Of a stretch of 64,000 bases of DNA, positions 31,511 through 42,379 are shown piece by piece; the stretch's first letter is position 1; every line of letters starts with the position of its first letter. This DNA is from Fistulifera solaris (taxonomy: Eukaryota), in contig AP026124.1 of assembly GCA_030295235.1 (NCBI GenBank), positions 124,001 through 188,000 on the forward strand. The letters run 5' to 3'. The position numbers and the translations under genes were made by a program. The notes beneath the pieces are model-generated. The model saw nothing but the letters and a program-made list of their open reading frames with translations, searched no databases and was not told the DNA's origin.

Positions 31511-31525
31511 TCTGGGCTCGTAACC
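31511..31525 (-). other. Primer binding site GGTTACGAGCCCAGA (internal initiator-tRNA-Met half-molecule type)
   Basis: Directly after the 5' LTR; resembles the GGTTATGGGCCCAG PBS of Drosophila copia rather than the TGG-initial 3'-end type. Confidence 0.65.
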
Positions 31526-31977
31526 TCTCACGTATCGACGGACAGAAACAGAAATTCTGTCAACCAAGTCGCTACGTTTCGCAACAACAGAAGAGGAAGT
31601 ATCTGGTAGAGCTAAGACGATAAACAGTCAAAGTTTTCCAAACAACAATATTATGAAGCCTTTACAAATCCGACAAATGAACAAGGTGGAATCTCACTGG
31701 GTGATGGTTCCGCCGAGAATGTCACTGCCATCGGACTAGGTCTTGTTTTATCTTGAAATTCTGAGCTCACGTATGTGGCTCTAACATTCTTGTATCGCGT
31801 TGCTTGCAAACCTTTCACGCCTTCACGATCAACCCAAATCGTGCAAAGACCCTTGGGCCTCGCCCAAGAGGTTACACTCCTGATGCTTCCGATTTGGGGA
31901 TCGGAATTCGCATTAGGTCGTGCGGCCATATTGGCTGAGTCCCTAGTAGTCTGCCCGCTATCCGCATTTCCGTGACA
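31526..31977 (-). repeat. 5' LTR (452 bp), termini TG...GA
   Basis: Direct repeat of 24879-25330, bounded by the TSD. Confidence 0.95.
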
Positions 31978-32009
31978 CCGCAGCAACGTTCTCGTTCTCG
32001 CTCGGGCCC

Positions 32010-32286
32010 ACGTCATCAAGCAATCATTGCCATTAAGCAACGAGGTGGACTACGGACAGACGCGCAGTGCGCACGAACTTGAAGGACGAAAACCGCCATT
32101 TTCACCACTTTATAATATGCTATGCTCATGGACCGAGAATGCAATGGAATGTAAACGTTGTGTGACGTCAACCCCCATAAAATCACACTCGAACCACGTC
32201 ACACCTCTCTTGGTTTCACGTGTGATCCTGCGTACGTTCTGGTACTGAGATCACGAGCTGACGTTCGGCGACGTAAAGCATGACGT
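32010..32286 (+). promoter_or_regulatory. Cluster of CCRE/ATF-CREB-like bZIP motifs upstream of iota-CA 2
   Basis: ACGTCA 32010, TGACGTCA 32163, ACGTCA 32196, TGACGT 32259, TGACGT 32281. Confidence 0.65.
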
Positions 32287-32366
32287 CCGTTGTTTGTTTG
32301 CTCCTCACGCGTCTCATAAATTTCATTTTTGTGGCTTTTTTCTTGTAACATCACATCCATTTCAAG

Positions 32367-34302
32367 ATGCGCTTCTCTGCTATTGCCCTTGCCAGTGCTG
32401 CTCTCTTCTCCAGCGAGGCGTTTGCCTTTGTGCAACACCCTCGCACGGCCTCCAAGGCGGCTATTCACTCCGAAGCCGCCTTTGTTTCCCGTCCTTCTTA
32501 CGCCAAGATCTGGGAACCTCTCTTTCTTTCGGCCGTCGCCGAAGACGAGAAGACAGTCGTCAAATCCGGTAAGGCTGAACTCACCAAAGATGAAGAAGAG
32601 ATTCGTTCACTCTTTTCTCTCTGGAACAACGCTCTTGCTACGGGAGATTCGCGTCTTGTTGCTGCGCGTTACGCCAAGGATGCTGTCCTTCTTCCGACCG
32701 TGTCCGACACTCCGCGCACGACGCCCGAATTAATCAAGGATTACTTTGATGCTTTCTTGAAGCGAAAGCCTCAGGGTGTTATTACCGAGGGATACATCAA
32801 GATTGGTGATGGATTCGCCAAGGACTCGTAAGTTCATTCACTTGTGTCGTTAAAAGCAGTCTGCGGTCGTGCACGTGCGCATGACCTCTAACGCTCGACT
32901 TGTTTTCTCTTACTCAAATTAACTACAGTGGTATCTACGAATTCACAATGGGTGACAACAATAGTAAGGTAAAAGCCCGATACACTTTTGTCTACGTCAA
33001 GGAAGATGGAAAGTGGAAGATCCTGCACCACCACTCTTCGGTCATGCCGGAAGGCATCAGCGTCGCCCAGAAAATTACCGAGAACGAAGTCCGAGGTCTT
33101 TTCAACTTGTGGAACGACGCCTTGGCAACTCTGGATTCGGATGCCGTTGCCAGCCGTTACGCCAAGACGGCAGTCTTGCTCCCCACCGTGTCGGACACGC
33201 CCCGCACCAGCTATGAGCTCATCAAAGATTACTTTGACAACTTCCTCAAACGCAAACCTCAGGGTGAAATTCTTGAATCCTACGTCCAAATTGGTACCAA
33301 CTGGGCCAAGGACAGTGGCATCTACGAATTCACCATGGGTGACACCGGTGACAAGGTGAAGGGTCGCTATTCCTTCATTTACGTCTACGAAGACGGGCAA
33401 TGGAAGATTTCGCATCACCACTCCTCCGTCATGCCCGAAGGCATTACCGTCGGACAAAAGATTGAAAAGGAAGAGGTTCGCAAATTGTTCAACTTGTGGA
33501 ACGACGCTCTCGCCACTGGAGACTCTGCCAAGGTGGCCGCCCGTTACTCGAAAAACGCCGTGCTTCTCCCCACTGTCTCCGACAAACCCCGTACCAGCAA
33601 CGAATTGATTGTTGACTACTTCAACAACTTTTTGAAGTTGGAACCCCAGGGTGTGATTGATGACGGTGAGATCATTGTTGGAACCAACTGGGCCCAGGAT
33701 GCTGGTATCTACACTTTCACTTTGGGAGCGTCGGGCAAGAAGGTCCAGGCTCGTTACTCGTTCGTTTACGTCTACGAGGACGGTGAGTGGAAGATCTCTC
33801 ACCACCATTCTTCGATGATGCCCGAAAAGGTGACTGTCCCTGAACCCATCACCAAGGAACAAGTTCGTGACTTGTTCGGATTGTGGAATGACGCTCTCGC
33901 CACGAAGGACCCCAAGAAGGTCGCTGCCCGTTACTCCAAAAACGCCGTTCTTCTTCCCACCGTGTCGGACACTCCCCGTACTTCTCCTGAGTTGATTGAG
34001 GATTACTTTGAGGCCTTCTTGAAGAAGGAACCCCAGGGTGTCATTGACAGTGGAGATATCACCATCGGAGCTAACTGGGCCCAAGATGCCGGTATCTACA
34101 CCTTCACCATGGGCAATGACGGATCCAAAGTTCAGGCCCGATACTCCTTCGTTTATGTATTCGAGGATGGTGAATGGAAGATCTCTCACCACCACTCCTC
34201 GGTCATGCCGGAGGCTTTGCTCAACCCCCAAAGGCCGAAGCAAAGAAAGAGGAGGTTGAAGCAAAGAAAGAGGAAGTTACGGAAGAGAAGGTTGAAGCAT
34301 AA
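32367..34302 (+). CDS. Iota carbonic anhydrase, 4 domains, plastid-type presequence; intron 32828-32928
   Basis: MRFSAIALASAALFSSEAFA-FVQ. Four HHHSS domains. Intron splits Ser of KDSGIY. True end is likely ...KAEAKKEEVEAKKEEVTEEKVEA* (TAA 34300-34302) after a missing base in the C/A run near 34228. Confidence 0.88.
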
Positions 34303-34668
34303 TCAAGTTATATCATGCATATAATTTTGTCCCAGTATTATCGTGAGAATCTAATGTTTACTAGCTAGAAAAGCTTAGTCTATTTGACTGACCCTCATCG
34401 TACATCTGACGATTCTTATTGGTCAAAGGGTGACTTGTGACTTAATTTCAGTGCAGTCCCTGAATTTCGCATGTGCACAGTAGGTTTTACCAGGTAGTGT
34501 CCTAATCCCTAATCATGTTCGGTAACCGCGCGGACGTGGAAAAAATCTTCACAAGAAATGAATTACGGAGTACCAGACAAAACCAAGCGAAGATCATTGC
34601 TATTGATAAAAGACATTATTATTCAACATTCAACATTTACATTTTCTCGAAATAAACAATCAACACAA

Positions 34669-36159
34669 ATGACAAGCTTGAAAAAAGCATACGTTTTATA
34701 TGTCGATCATCAAGGCCATCCGGCACCTTTAACGGAATGTTTTCACGCCACCGCGTCTCGTCGGCTTTCTTCGACACTGCAGCGCTTTCCCCCTTCTTCC
34801 GTCACTTCCATCGATAGTGCCTACTGCCCAAATTGTTTGACTTCGCAAGATCCTGTTCAATATTGTAATCGCTGTCAGCGATGTCCAGTTTGTGTGCATG
34901 CGATGTTGCAAATCATGGTCCGTGATAATCACTGTGTCTACGAATGTGCGACGTGTCAATGGCGTAGCGCTATATCGGTACCCGTGGTCGAAAATGCGAG
35001 TAAAGTAGAAATAGCACGAGCAGCGGAAGATTTATGCTTACAAGCAAAAGAAGCGAGACAAGTGGCAGATCACAAAGATTTGTTTTCGGAACGAAAGATA
35101 CGTCGTGAAATTCACTCACTGCGTTCGTTTGAGCGAGAGAAAGATTGGTCGTTGGAGATTCTCGAAGCAACGCTGGAAACAAAAAGAAAACAGAAGAGTA
35201 GTTTTCCGGAAGAGTCATCAAAGGTCGAGAGTAGTTTATCGATTCAACGACTCGATCTAGAAGACGAGGAGGATACGCGGTTCGAAGGTACTATAGGAGC
35301 ATGGCAGTGGCAGGCCTTGGTTCGTGGTGTACATCGCAATGATCTGCTACCCTTACCGGTTCCTTTACGTGCTCGTCGAAGTCGTCGGTGTCGTGCTGAA
35401 CTTGCCTCGGGTCGTCCCGGAATTTTGGTCAAACCGAAAGTCAATCCTTTGGAGGGCGACAGCAGTTTAAGAACAGGCCACGGTCAATGGTGGAGAAAGG
35501 TACGCCAGTCAGCTCAAAATGAATCATTACATAAATTATACAAAAATCTCACACGGGTTTTATTCATTTTTCAGGATTCGAGTGCCATTCACGTAATTCC
35601 GCGTGTACGAGTGATGAAGATGGTCTATCAGGAACAATCCATCCATTTTCTATTACAAGTTACGAACCCAACGTTAGGTTTGATTCGATTGCGATGGAGC
35701 CCTAGTCCTTATTGTGGCGAAGAGGATTGGGATGGAAATGTGACGTTACTGTTACCGCACCTATTGGTTGACACCATAACACAGGAGATTTGGCACGTAC
35801 GACTGCTCGAGGCGGAAGAGAGGCAATTTGAGACAACCGAGATTATAGAGCTCGCGTCAGCCGAAGATTCCTTGCTGGAACTAAGTCACAGTAGTGGTAA
35901 TCAAGTACCAGAAGCTGTATCCCGTTGGAGTGGTACCAGCGAACATACTCAGTGGATCGCTCAGCAGCAACAAGACGCCTGGCTGGAAGTTGTCGTTAAA
36001 ATCAAGGCAGCAATGAAGAACAATGAGCATTGGGCGATTCCGCTTCGGATGCAAGTCGAGCTTGGCAATGGTTCGTGGGAATCATCGCTGATTCAGCAGG
36101 ATACCTCCAAAGAAACAGATTGGGTCGATTTCGACGTGGTATTGACGTGGGAGTCATGA
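34669..36159 (+). CDS. DCTN4: Dynactin subunit 4 (p62)-like; probable in-frame intron 35500-35574
   Basis: IDSAYCPNCL, CNRCQRCPVC, YECATCQW, LLPLPVPLRARRSRRC, LVKPKVNP match the p62 motif order. Confidence 0.7.
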   Translation: MTSLKKAYVLYVDHQGHPAPLTECFHATASRRLSSTLQRFPPSSVTSIDSAYCPNCLTSQDPVQYCNRCQRCPVCVHAMLQIMVRDNHCVYECATCQWRSAISVPVVENASKVEIARAAEDLCLQAKEARQVADHKDLFSERKIRREIHSLRSFEREKDWSLEILEATLETKRKQKSSFPEESSKVESSLSIQRLDLEDEEDTRFEGTIGAWQWQALVRGVHRNDLLPLPVPLRARRSRRCRAELASGRPGILVKPKVNPLEGDSSLRTGHGQWWRKVRQSAQNESLHKLYKNLTRVLFIFQDSSAIHVIPRVRVMKMVYQEQSIHFLLQVTNPTLGLIRLRWSPSPYCGEEDWDGNVTLLLPHLLVDTITQEIWHVRLLEAEERQFETTEIIELASAEDSLLELSHSSGNQVPEAVSRWSGTSEHTQWIAQQQQDAWLEVVVKIKAAMKNNEHWAIPLRMQVELGNGSWESSLIQQDTSKETDWVDFDVVLTWES

Positions 36160-36748
36160 GGGGCTAACACCTTTTACATCCTTTGCTTCCACGTGTCTTT
36201 TCGTGTCCATCATGATGTATTTTCTTTGGAGTGAAATTATGTGAACGGGAGAGTTTGTCGATGGTTTTTGCTGAACAGAAATGCAATAGGCCAAACCTGG
36301 TACCTTGCTTTGTTCTAACTTTTACCTTCTTTCGTTGGCCAAGTTGATATAGTCGGCCCTATTTAAACTTATGGCTAAGAGAAAAGGTCGGAAGCTTCAA
36401 ACGGGCTCTTTTAATCGTGTTAGACCTACGTATGGTACCGGTACCAGGTACCTTTTCTAGTTGTTTTGTTTTTGACCTTCTATCATAGAGCAGGCGTAAA
36501 ATAGGCCATAATCCAGCTAGCTGCAAGGCCAACGCTATCCGAGAAAACAGCTATACAGCATCTACTAGATACCTAAAATGTGGATGGGACTTAATTGCAA
36601 TCTCTACTTGCCTGTCAGGTCTCCCCAGAGTTCACCCCCACCCGGGATTCGGCTGACGACTCGAGCACGGCGAGCGAAAAAGGTTCTTGCGACGAGCAAG
36701 TGCCAAGTCGAAGTTGCGATCCGGCATTCAGGCGCAAAGATCCATGGG

Positions 36749-36865
36749 TGACGTCAGATCTTTGAAAAAACACGTCACACATACGACACGAGGTCCAGAG
36801 TAGGATGTAAAGTAAAGCAGACGGAACGCGAGGTCTTTTGTAGTTTCGTGACGTGCCTGTGACGT
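36749..36865 (+). promoter_or_regulatory. Cluster of CCRE-like motifs upstream of iota-CA 3
   Basis: TGACGTCA 36749, ACGTCA 36772, TGACGT 36849, TGACGT 36860. Confidence 0.65.
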
Positions 36866-36970
36866 ATGCGTACGTGGTTGATCGTTGGTCTGAGTATTCC
36901 GATCGTTCAAAAGCGTTCATTGCATCGCATCACAAAAACGAAAAGCGTCGTTTCATTTATCTTCATCACA

Positions 36971-38340
36971 ATGTTTACCGCTCGCGCTGCCAAATCCCTC
37001 CCTGTTTTGCGACAGTATCAGTCCAAGCAGCTTTACGCTGCTGGATCTAACTCTGCGACCCTTTTTTAGCTTCTCTGGCGGTGATAAGGGACCGAAAGAC
37101 GAAGAAGTCCGAGCCCTTTTCTCCGTCTGGAACAACGCCCTGGCTACAGGAGACTCGGCTACCGTGGCTTCTTGTTATGCCAAGGATGCTGTCCTTCTTC
37201 CTACCGTGTCGGATACTCCTCGTACTTCTCCGGCTTTGATCAAGGACTACTTCGATGCCTTCTTGAAGCGAAAGCCTCAAGGTGTAATCACCGACGGATA
37301 CATCCGATCGGGAGAAGGATTCGCCAAGGACTCGTAAGTATACTTGAAGTAGTCATTTAAGAGCGAAACATTTATCGTTCGCTCACACTTCCGTTTCTCT
37401 GTCGTTCAGTGGTATCTACGAATTCACCATGGGTGACACTGGCGACAAGGTCAAAGCCCGATACAGTTTCGTCTACGTCAAGGAGGATGGAAAGTGGAAG
37501 ATCTTGCACCACCACTCATCTGTCATGCCGGAAGGTATTACTATTGGAAAGAAGATTGAGAAAGACGAAGTTCGCAGCTTGTTTAACCTGTGGAACGACG
37601 CTCTTGCCACTGGAGACTCTGCCAAGGTGGCCGCTCGTTACTCGAAAAACGCCGTTCTTCTCCCCACTGTCTCCGACAAACCCCGCAACAACAACGATTT
37701 GATCGTTGACTACTTCAACAACTTCTTGACGTTAAAGCCTCAGGGTGTCATTGATAGTGGCGATATCCTCATCGGAACCAACTGGGCCCAGGATGCTGGA
37801 ATTTACACCTTCACTTTGGGTGCGAACGGCAAGAAAGTCCAAGCTCGTTACTCCTTCGTCTACGTGTACGAGGACGGCGAGTGGAAGATCTCTCACCACC
37901 ATTCTTCGATGATGCCTGAGAAGATCGTCGTGCCTGAGCCCGTCACCAAGGAACAAGTGCGCAGCTTCTTCAACTTATGGAACGACGCCCTCGCCACTCT
38001 TGACCCCAAGAAGGTCGCTGCTCGTTACGCAAAGGACGCTGTCCTTCTCCCTACTGTGTCGGACATCCCCCGCACTTCTCCCGATTTGATCGAGAACTAT
38101 TTCGAGGCTTTCTTGCAAAAGAAGCCCCAAGGTGTCATTGACAGTGGAAATATCAAGATCGGAGCCAATTGGGCCCAAGATGCTGGTATCTACACCTTCA
38201 CTATGGGCAATGACGGATCCAAGGTCCAGGGTCGATACTCCTTCATCTATGTATTCGAGGATGGTGAATGGAAGATCTCTCACCACCACTCCTCGGTCAT
38301 GCCGGAGGCGTTCTTGAACCCCAAGGCCCCTGCTCAGTAA
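36971..38340 (+). CDS. Iota carbonic anhydrase, 3 domains, mitochondrial-like presequence; intron 37334-37409; one frameshift near 37030-37068
   Basis: MFTARAAKSLPVLRQYQSKQL..., then FSFSGGDKGPKDEEVRALFSVWNNALA. Same intron position as iota-CA 2. Three HHHSS motifs. Confidence 0.85.
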
Positions 38341-38554
38341 ATGTGCGCAAGACTCTGACAACTAGGCATAATCATCTGTTTAAAGTGGCTTGAATTATTT
38401 TTGCAAATAAACTTTGGCAGCAACTTCGGATTGTAGGTGTCATAATCATCTATACTATGCTGTACAAAGTTTGTTGGTTAGAAAAAAGCAGTCAAACGAA
38501 TTCTAATTACTTACTTGCTCTACTACATAATGCTGAACTACCGAATCAAGGTGC

Positions 38555-41382
38555 TCACGCTAGCGCGACATCATAGACTTTCTGATAATCATCAGCGTAT
38601 TCCACCTGCAAACCTTCTTTCAAGTATTCAGGAATTTCGTCAAAGTCGCGCTGGTTAGCTTGTGGCATTATCACACAAGTTATTCCTGCTCGACGAGCCG
38701 CCATAATTTTTTCTCGGATACCTCCTACTGGTAGTACCTTGCCTGTGAGACTGATCTCGCCGGTCATGGCCAAATCATTTCGAACTGGTTTAGCGGTTGC
38801 CAGTGACAGCAACGACGTGACCATTGTAATCCCAGCCGATGGACCGTCTTTGGGAGTTGCTCCTTCCGGGACATGCAAATGAATGTCTGCCGTGTCAAAA
38901 AAAGAGTTTGTCGGATCAATCTCGTGCAGTCTTGCACGCGCCACAGTGTAGGCTATGTCAGCACTCTCTTTCATGACGTCTCCGAGTTGCCCGGTTACCT
39001 TAACGTGACCGCCTCCTCGTGGCTTGCCTTCAGCGTCGGGGGCACGCTGAATGCCCTGCGTCTCAATATACAAAGCTGATCCACCCATGGATGTGTATGC
39101 TAGACCCATGACTATACCATTCGGCAAAGGTCCGTCTTCATAAAGACGATCGCTTGTAAAAATTTGTTTGCCGACATAATCGACCAGGTTGCTTTCATCT
39201 ATGGTCCATGAATTTGACTTTCGCTTCGATTTTTCCCGCAGTACAGCCCCCTCTTGCTCCGCAACAATTTGCAAGGCCAGTTTGCGAGTAATACGATCAA
39301 TATACTTGGCGAGATTACGAACACCGGCTTCGCGGGCGTACCAGCGAACCAAACTCTGAATTGCTTCACGAGAAATAGCAACGCCCTCGGGGATTCCCGG
39401 CGCATGAACGTATTTTTCAAGTGGCGTCGTTTTGATATTTGTTCCATCCTGATCGGAATCGTCCATTTTCTTTTCTTCCGAATCAAGTTCGTCGGTAGTG
39501 TCGATTTCCTTTTCGACCATTAGACCGCTCTCTTTGAACGATTTGGGGACCAAATAGTTTTCAGCGATCGTCACCTTTTCAGGGAAGTCGTATCCGGGCA
39601 GCCGAATGACTTCCATGCGATCCAGCAAAGGCCCAGGAATGCGATCCAGCTCATTGGCTGTACAAAGAAAGAGAACTTGGCTGATATCTACTGGGACGTC
39701 CAAAAGTGATCCCTGAAAGTTGAATTTTGGCTCGGATCCAGCACTTCCAACAGTGCACTGGCTGGATCGCCACGGAATCCCGACCCCAGCTTATCAATTT
39801 CATCAATAAGAATCACGGGGTTACTAGTCCCAACTGTTTTCAAGCTCTGAATGACTTTTCCGGGCATGGCGCCGATGTAAGTTCTGAAACCCGCAAACAA
39901 GAAATTAAGAAACCACCGCAAAGGAAGATTTAGGCCAAGCCGCACACATATGTCAGCAAACGCACCTTCGGTGACCCTTGATCTCGCTCACATCACTCAA
40001 ACCACCCACACTGAAACGGTAAAATTCCCGGTTGAGAGCTTGTGCGATCGACTTTCCAATACTGGTTTTTCCGGTGCCCGGAGGCCCCGCCAAACACAAG
40101 ATTTTGCCTTCCACGGTCCCTTTCAGCTTTCCGATGGCAATGAATTGTAAGATAGCATCCTTGACATCCTCTAAGCCATAATGATCTTGGTCAAGTACGC
40201 GTCTCGCTTTGGCGAGATCAAAATTCTCTTCGCTCATGACCCCCACGGAACTCCCAACAACCAATCCAAATAACTGCGGGTGACCTGATACTCGGGTGAA
40301 TTCTTTTCGAGTGTACTGAATTTTTCCATTTCTGCTTGAATAACATCGTTGACTTCCTTGGGAACCTTCTCACCATACTCTTCCAACTTCTTTTGGTACT
40401 TTTCAATCAAAGCATCCTTATCATCCCGTTCCATCCCCAATTCCTTTTGATGGACTTGAGTTGTTCCATCAAGAAGTACTTTCTTTGCGTCTCGGTCATT
40501 TTCTCCTCTACTTTTTGATTGATTTCTTTCTGTAACTGACTGACCGACAATTCCCGGTTGAGCAACACCAATGCCAAATGCAAGCGCTGTTCCGGATCGC
40601 GTTCCGCTAAAACTGCCTGCAAATCCGCGGACGCACCGCCACTGGCACTGATGCTGGCCGCAAAGTCCGCCAATTTGAACGGATCATTCGCATCAAAGCG
40701 CATGGGAAATAAATTGAGTGATTCACGAAAGAGTGGATTCATTTGTGCAATTTGTCGAATGGTACTGATGATTTCGTTCGACAAGGCCCGGATGGTGATA
40801 TCTTGATCGGGTTGAGGTGCATATTCGAGTCGGGGCCAGTGTTTGATGTTGACGCGGAGGGGAGGACCCACTTCATCAATCGAAAGCAAATCGACACGAC
40901 GATGCGCCAGAAGAGTCAAGGTGGCGGTGGTTTCTTCATCGACTTTATGAAAGCGTTGTATTTCGGCGAGAGTTCCAGTTTCGTACAACTCGAGAGGATC
41001 GGTTATGATTTCGGGTACTTCGACTACAGTTCCGTGCCCTTCTGTCGGTCTACGTAGAAAGCAGGAAAGAAAAGCTCGATCTTGATTCCAAAGTTCTTCC
41101 ATGGCTTTGATGGTAGGCGGATCCGTCAGTGTAATGGAAGTGATGAGACCAGGAAAGATGGGTCGTGTTTGCAGTGGTAGACCCAATGTATGCGGCATAC
41201 GAGGTGCTGCTTCACCAAAGGGGATTTTTCTCCGGAACAACAACAACTTTGTTGTTGTTGTTGTTGTTGTTGTTGTTCTCATCGGATGAGGAAGACGAGG
41301 AGGACGAGAACCATCGAGGAAGAGGCGCTACACGCGGCCGTCGACGAGCGGATCGAACCGCCAAGAATGAGGCCGCTATCAT
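38555..41382 (-). CDS. LON: Lon protease, mitochondrial type; intron 39965-39884; several homopolymer frameshifts
   Basis: Arg-rich presequence, Walker [36 protein letters not shown] (catalytic Ser), VGGIREK. Confidence 0.92.
41250..41277. repeat. (GTT)n microsatellite encoding poly-Asn in the Lon N-terminus
   Basis: Directly visible. Confidence 0.85.
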
Positions 41383-42379
41383 TTCGATGACCGGTCGGTT
41401 GATTAAGAAGCGCAGCGACCTTTTCTTTCGTCTAAAAAAGTAGATGTTACAAGTTCCAGAAGATGGCTTAGCGACTGAGCAAGCAAATGCCCTTCGACGG
41501 GCATCACAAAAGAACAAGAACGAATGCGTATGAACCATTCGGTTGAACCTCTCGCGCTGCGCTTTCTTTGCGATAATGCGCCTCATTCTCTGCGTGTACC
41601 TGTCCGACGCAGAGCGACTATCAAGCTTTTAGTAAGTTCCCAGAAGTCTCGTGACTCATGACTGTTCAGTCTTGGCGAAAACTGTTTGCATTTTGACCTA
41701 TAGCCTATAGCCTATAGTACATTCGGAAATGCAGCCTTGGGGATGATTATCAACGTAGTGAAACGAGGGGTTTACTATTAATGCAGCTCGAAGGAAGGAA
41801 ACGTCATGTTTTCAGAGCTGATGACATATCTTAAAAGTATTGCTGATGACCCTCGCTTCAATGTAGCCAAACATCACAATCATAGTTCATGACTGAATTC
41901 CAGTCACAGTTCACGCCTGTCTACACGTCGCCTTTATATCGTCAGAATCTAATCTTGACATTCGACTGAATTTTCCACTTTTCATTCACATATATTTCAG
42001 TCTGACACTTCTCTGAGTAAGCTTTGGTTCTAACTCTCTAGCCTTAGTGCGCTAGTAGAGGGCCAGTCCCGAGCCCGTTTCCCAATGAGGGGGATTCCGT
42101 TTTGGCATTCCTTCTCTTGGATTTCGCAGAAGCATACTAACTGACCTGACCAGGGAAAGACTCATGCGCGCCCGGATGAAGCCACAGATCTCGGAGTATG
42201 GCTTGTTCCACTTCCTTATATAGTTTTCTCATCAAATAATGTGAACGTGACAAGGACAGACGACTTTTCCGAGATTGATGAGAGATGCAAAATGCAAAGC
42301 GCAACCAAAGTGCAAAGTACTTAGACATAACAATAAGTGCGGAAAGAAGTGTGATACCTAGTAACACAAAAGACACAGA

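Larger units (their letters stand above)
24879..31977 (-). mobile_element. Full-length Ty1/copia LTR retrotransposon (7099 bp) with 5 bp TSD CCGCA
   Basis: Two 452 bp LTRs; CCGCA at 24874-24878 and 31978-31982. Minus-strand domain order gag, protease (IWDTGAT), integrase (SMDHF, HTDNG, HHQNAVA), RT (YKARFCVRG, YVDD), RNase H (DADFAG, EDN, ADIMTKGL). Confidence 0.97.

Noticed and set aside
32888..34264. 458 aa antisense ORF over iota-CA 2 (also the antisense ORF over hemB)
   Set aside because: Shadow of strong codon bias on the sense strand; no recognisable motifs.
34226..34324. Polybasic NLS-like tail KQRKRRLKQRKRKLRKRRLK on iota-CA 2
   Set aside because: The alternative frame gives a natural KAEAKKEEVEA... 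tail with an earlier stop; one missing base in a homopolymer explains it.
23162..38340. Annotation as CaMKII association-domain kinases
   Set aside because: Same fold family, but there is no kinase domain; the HHSS motif and presequences fit iota-CA.
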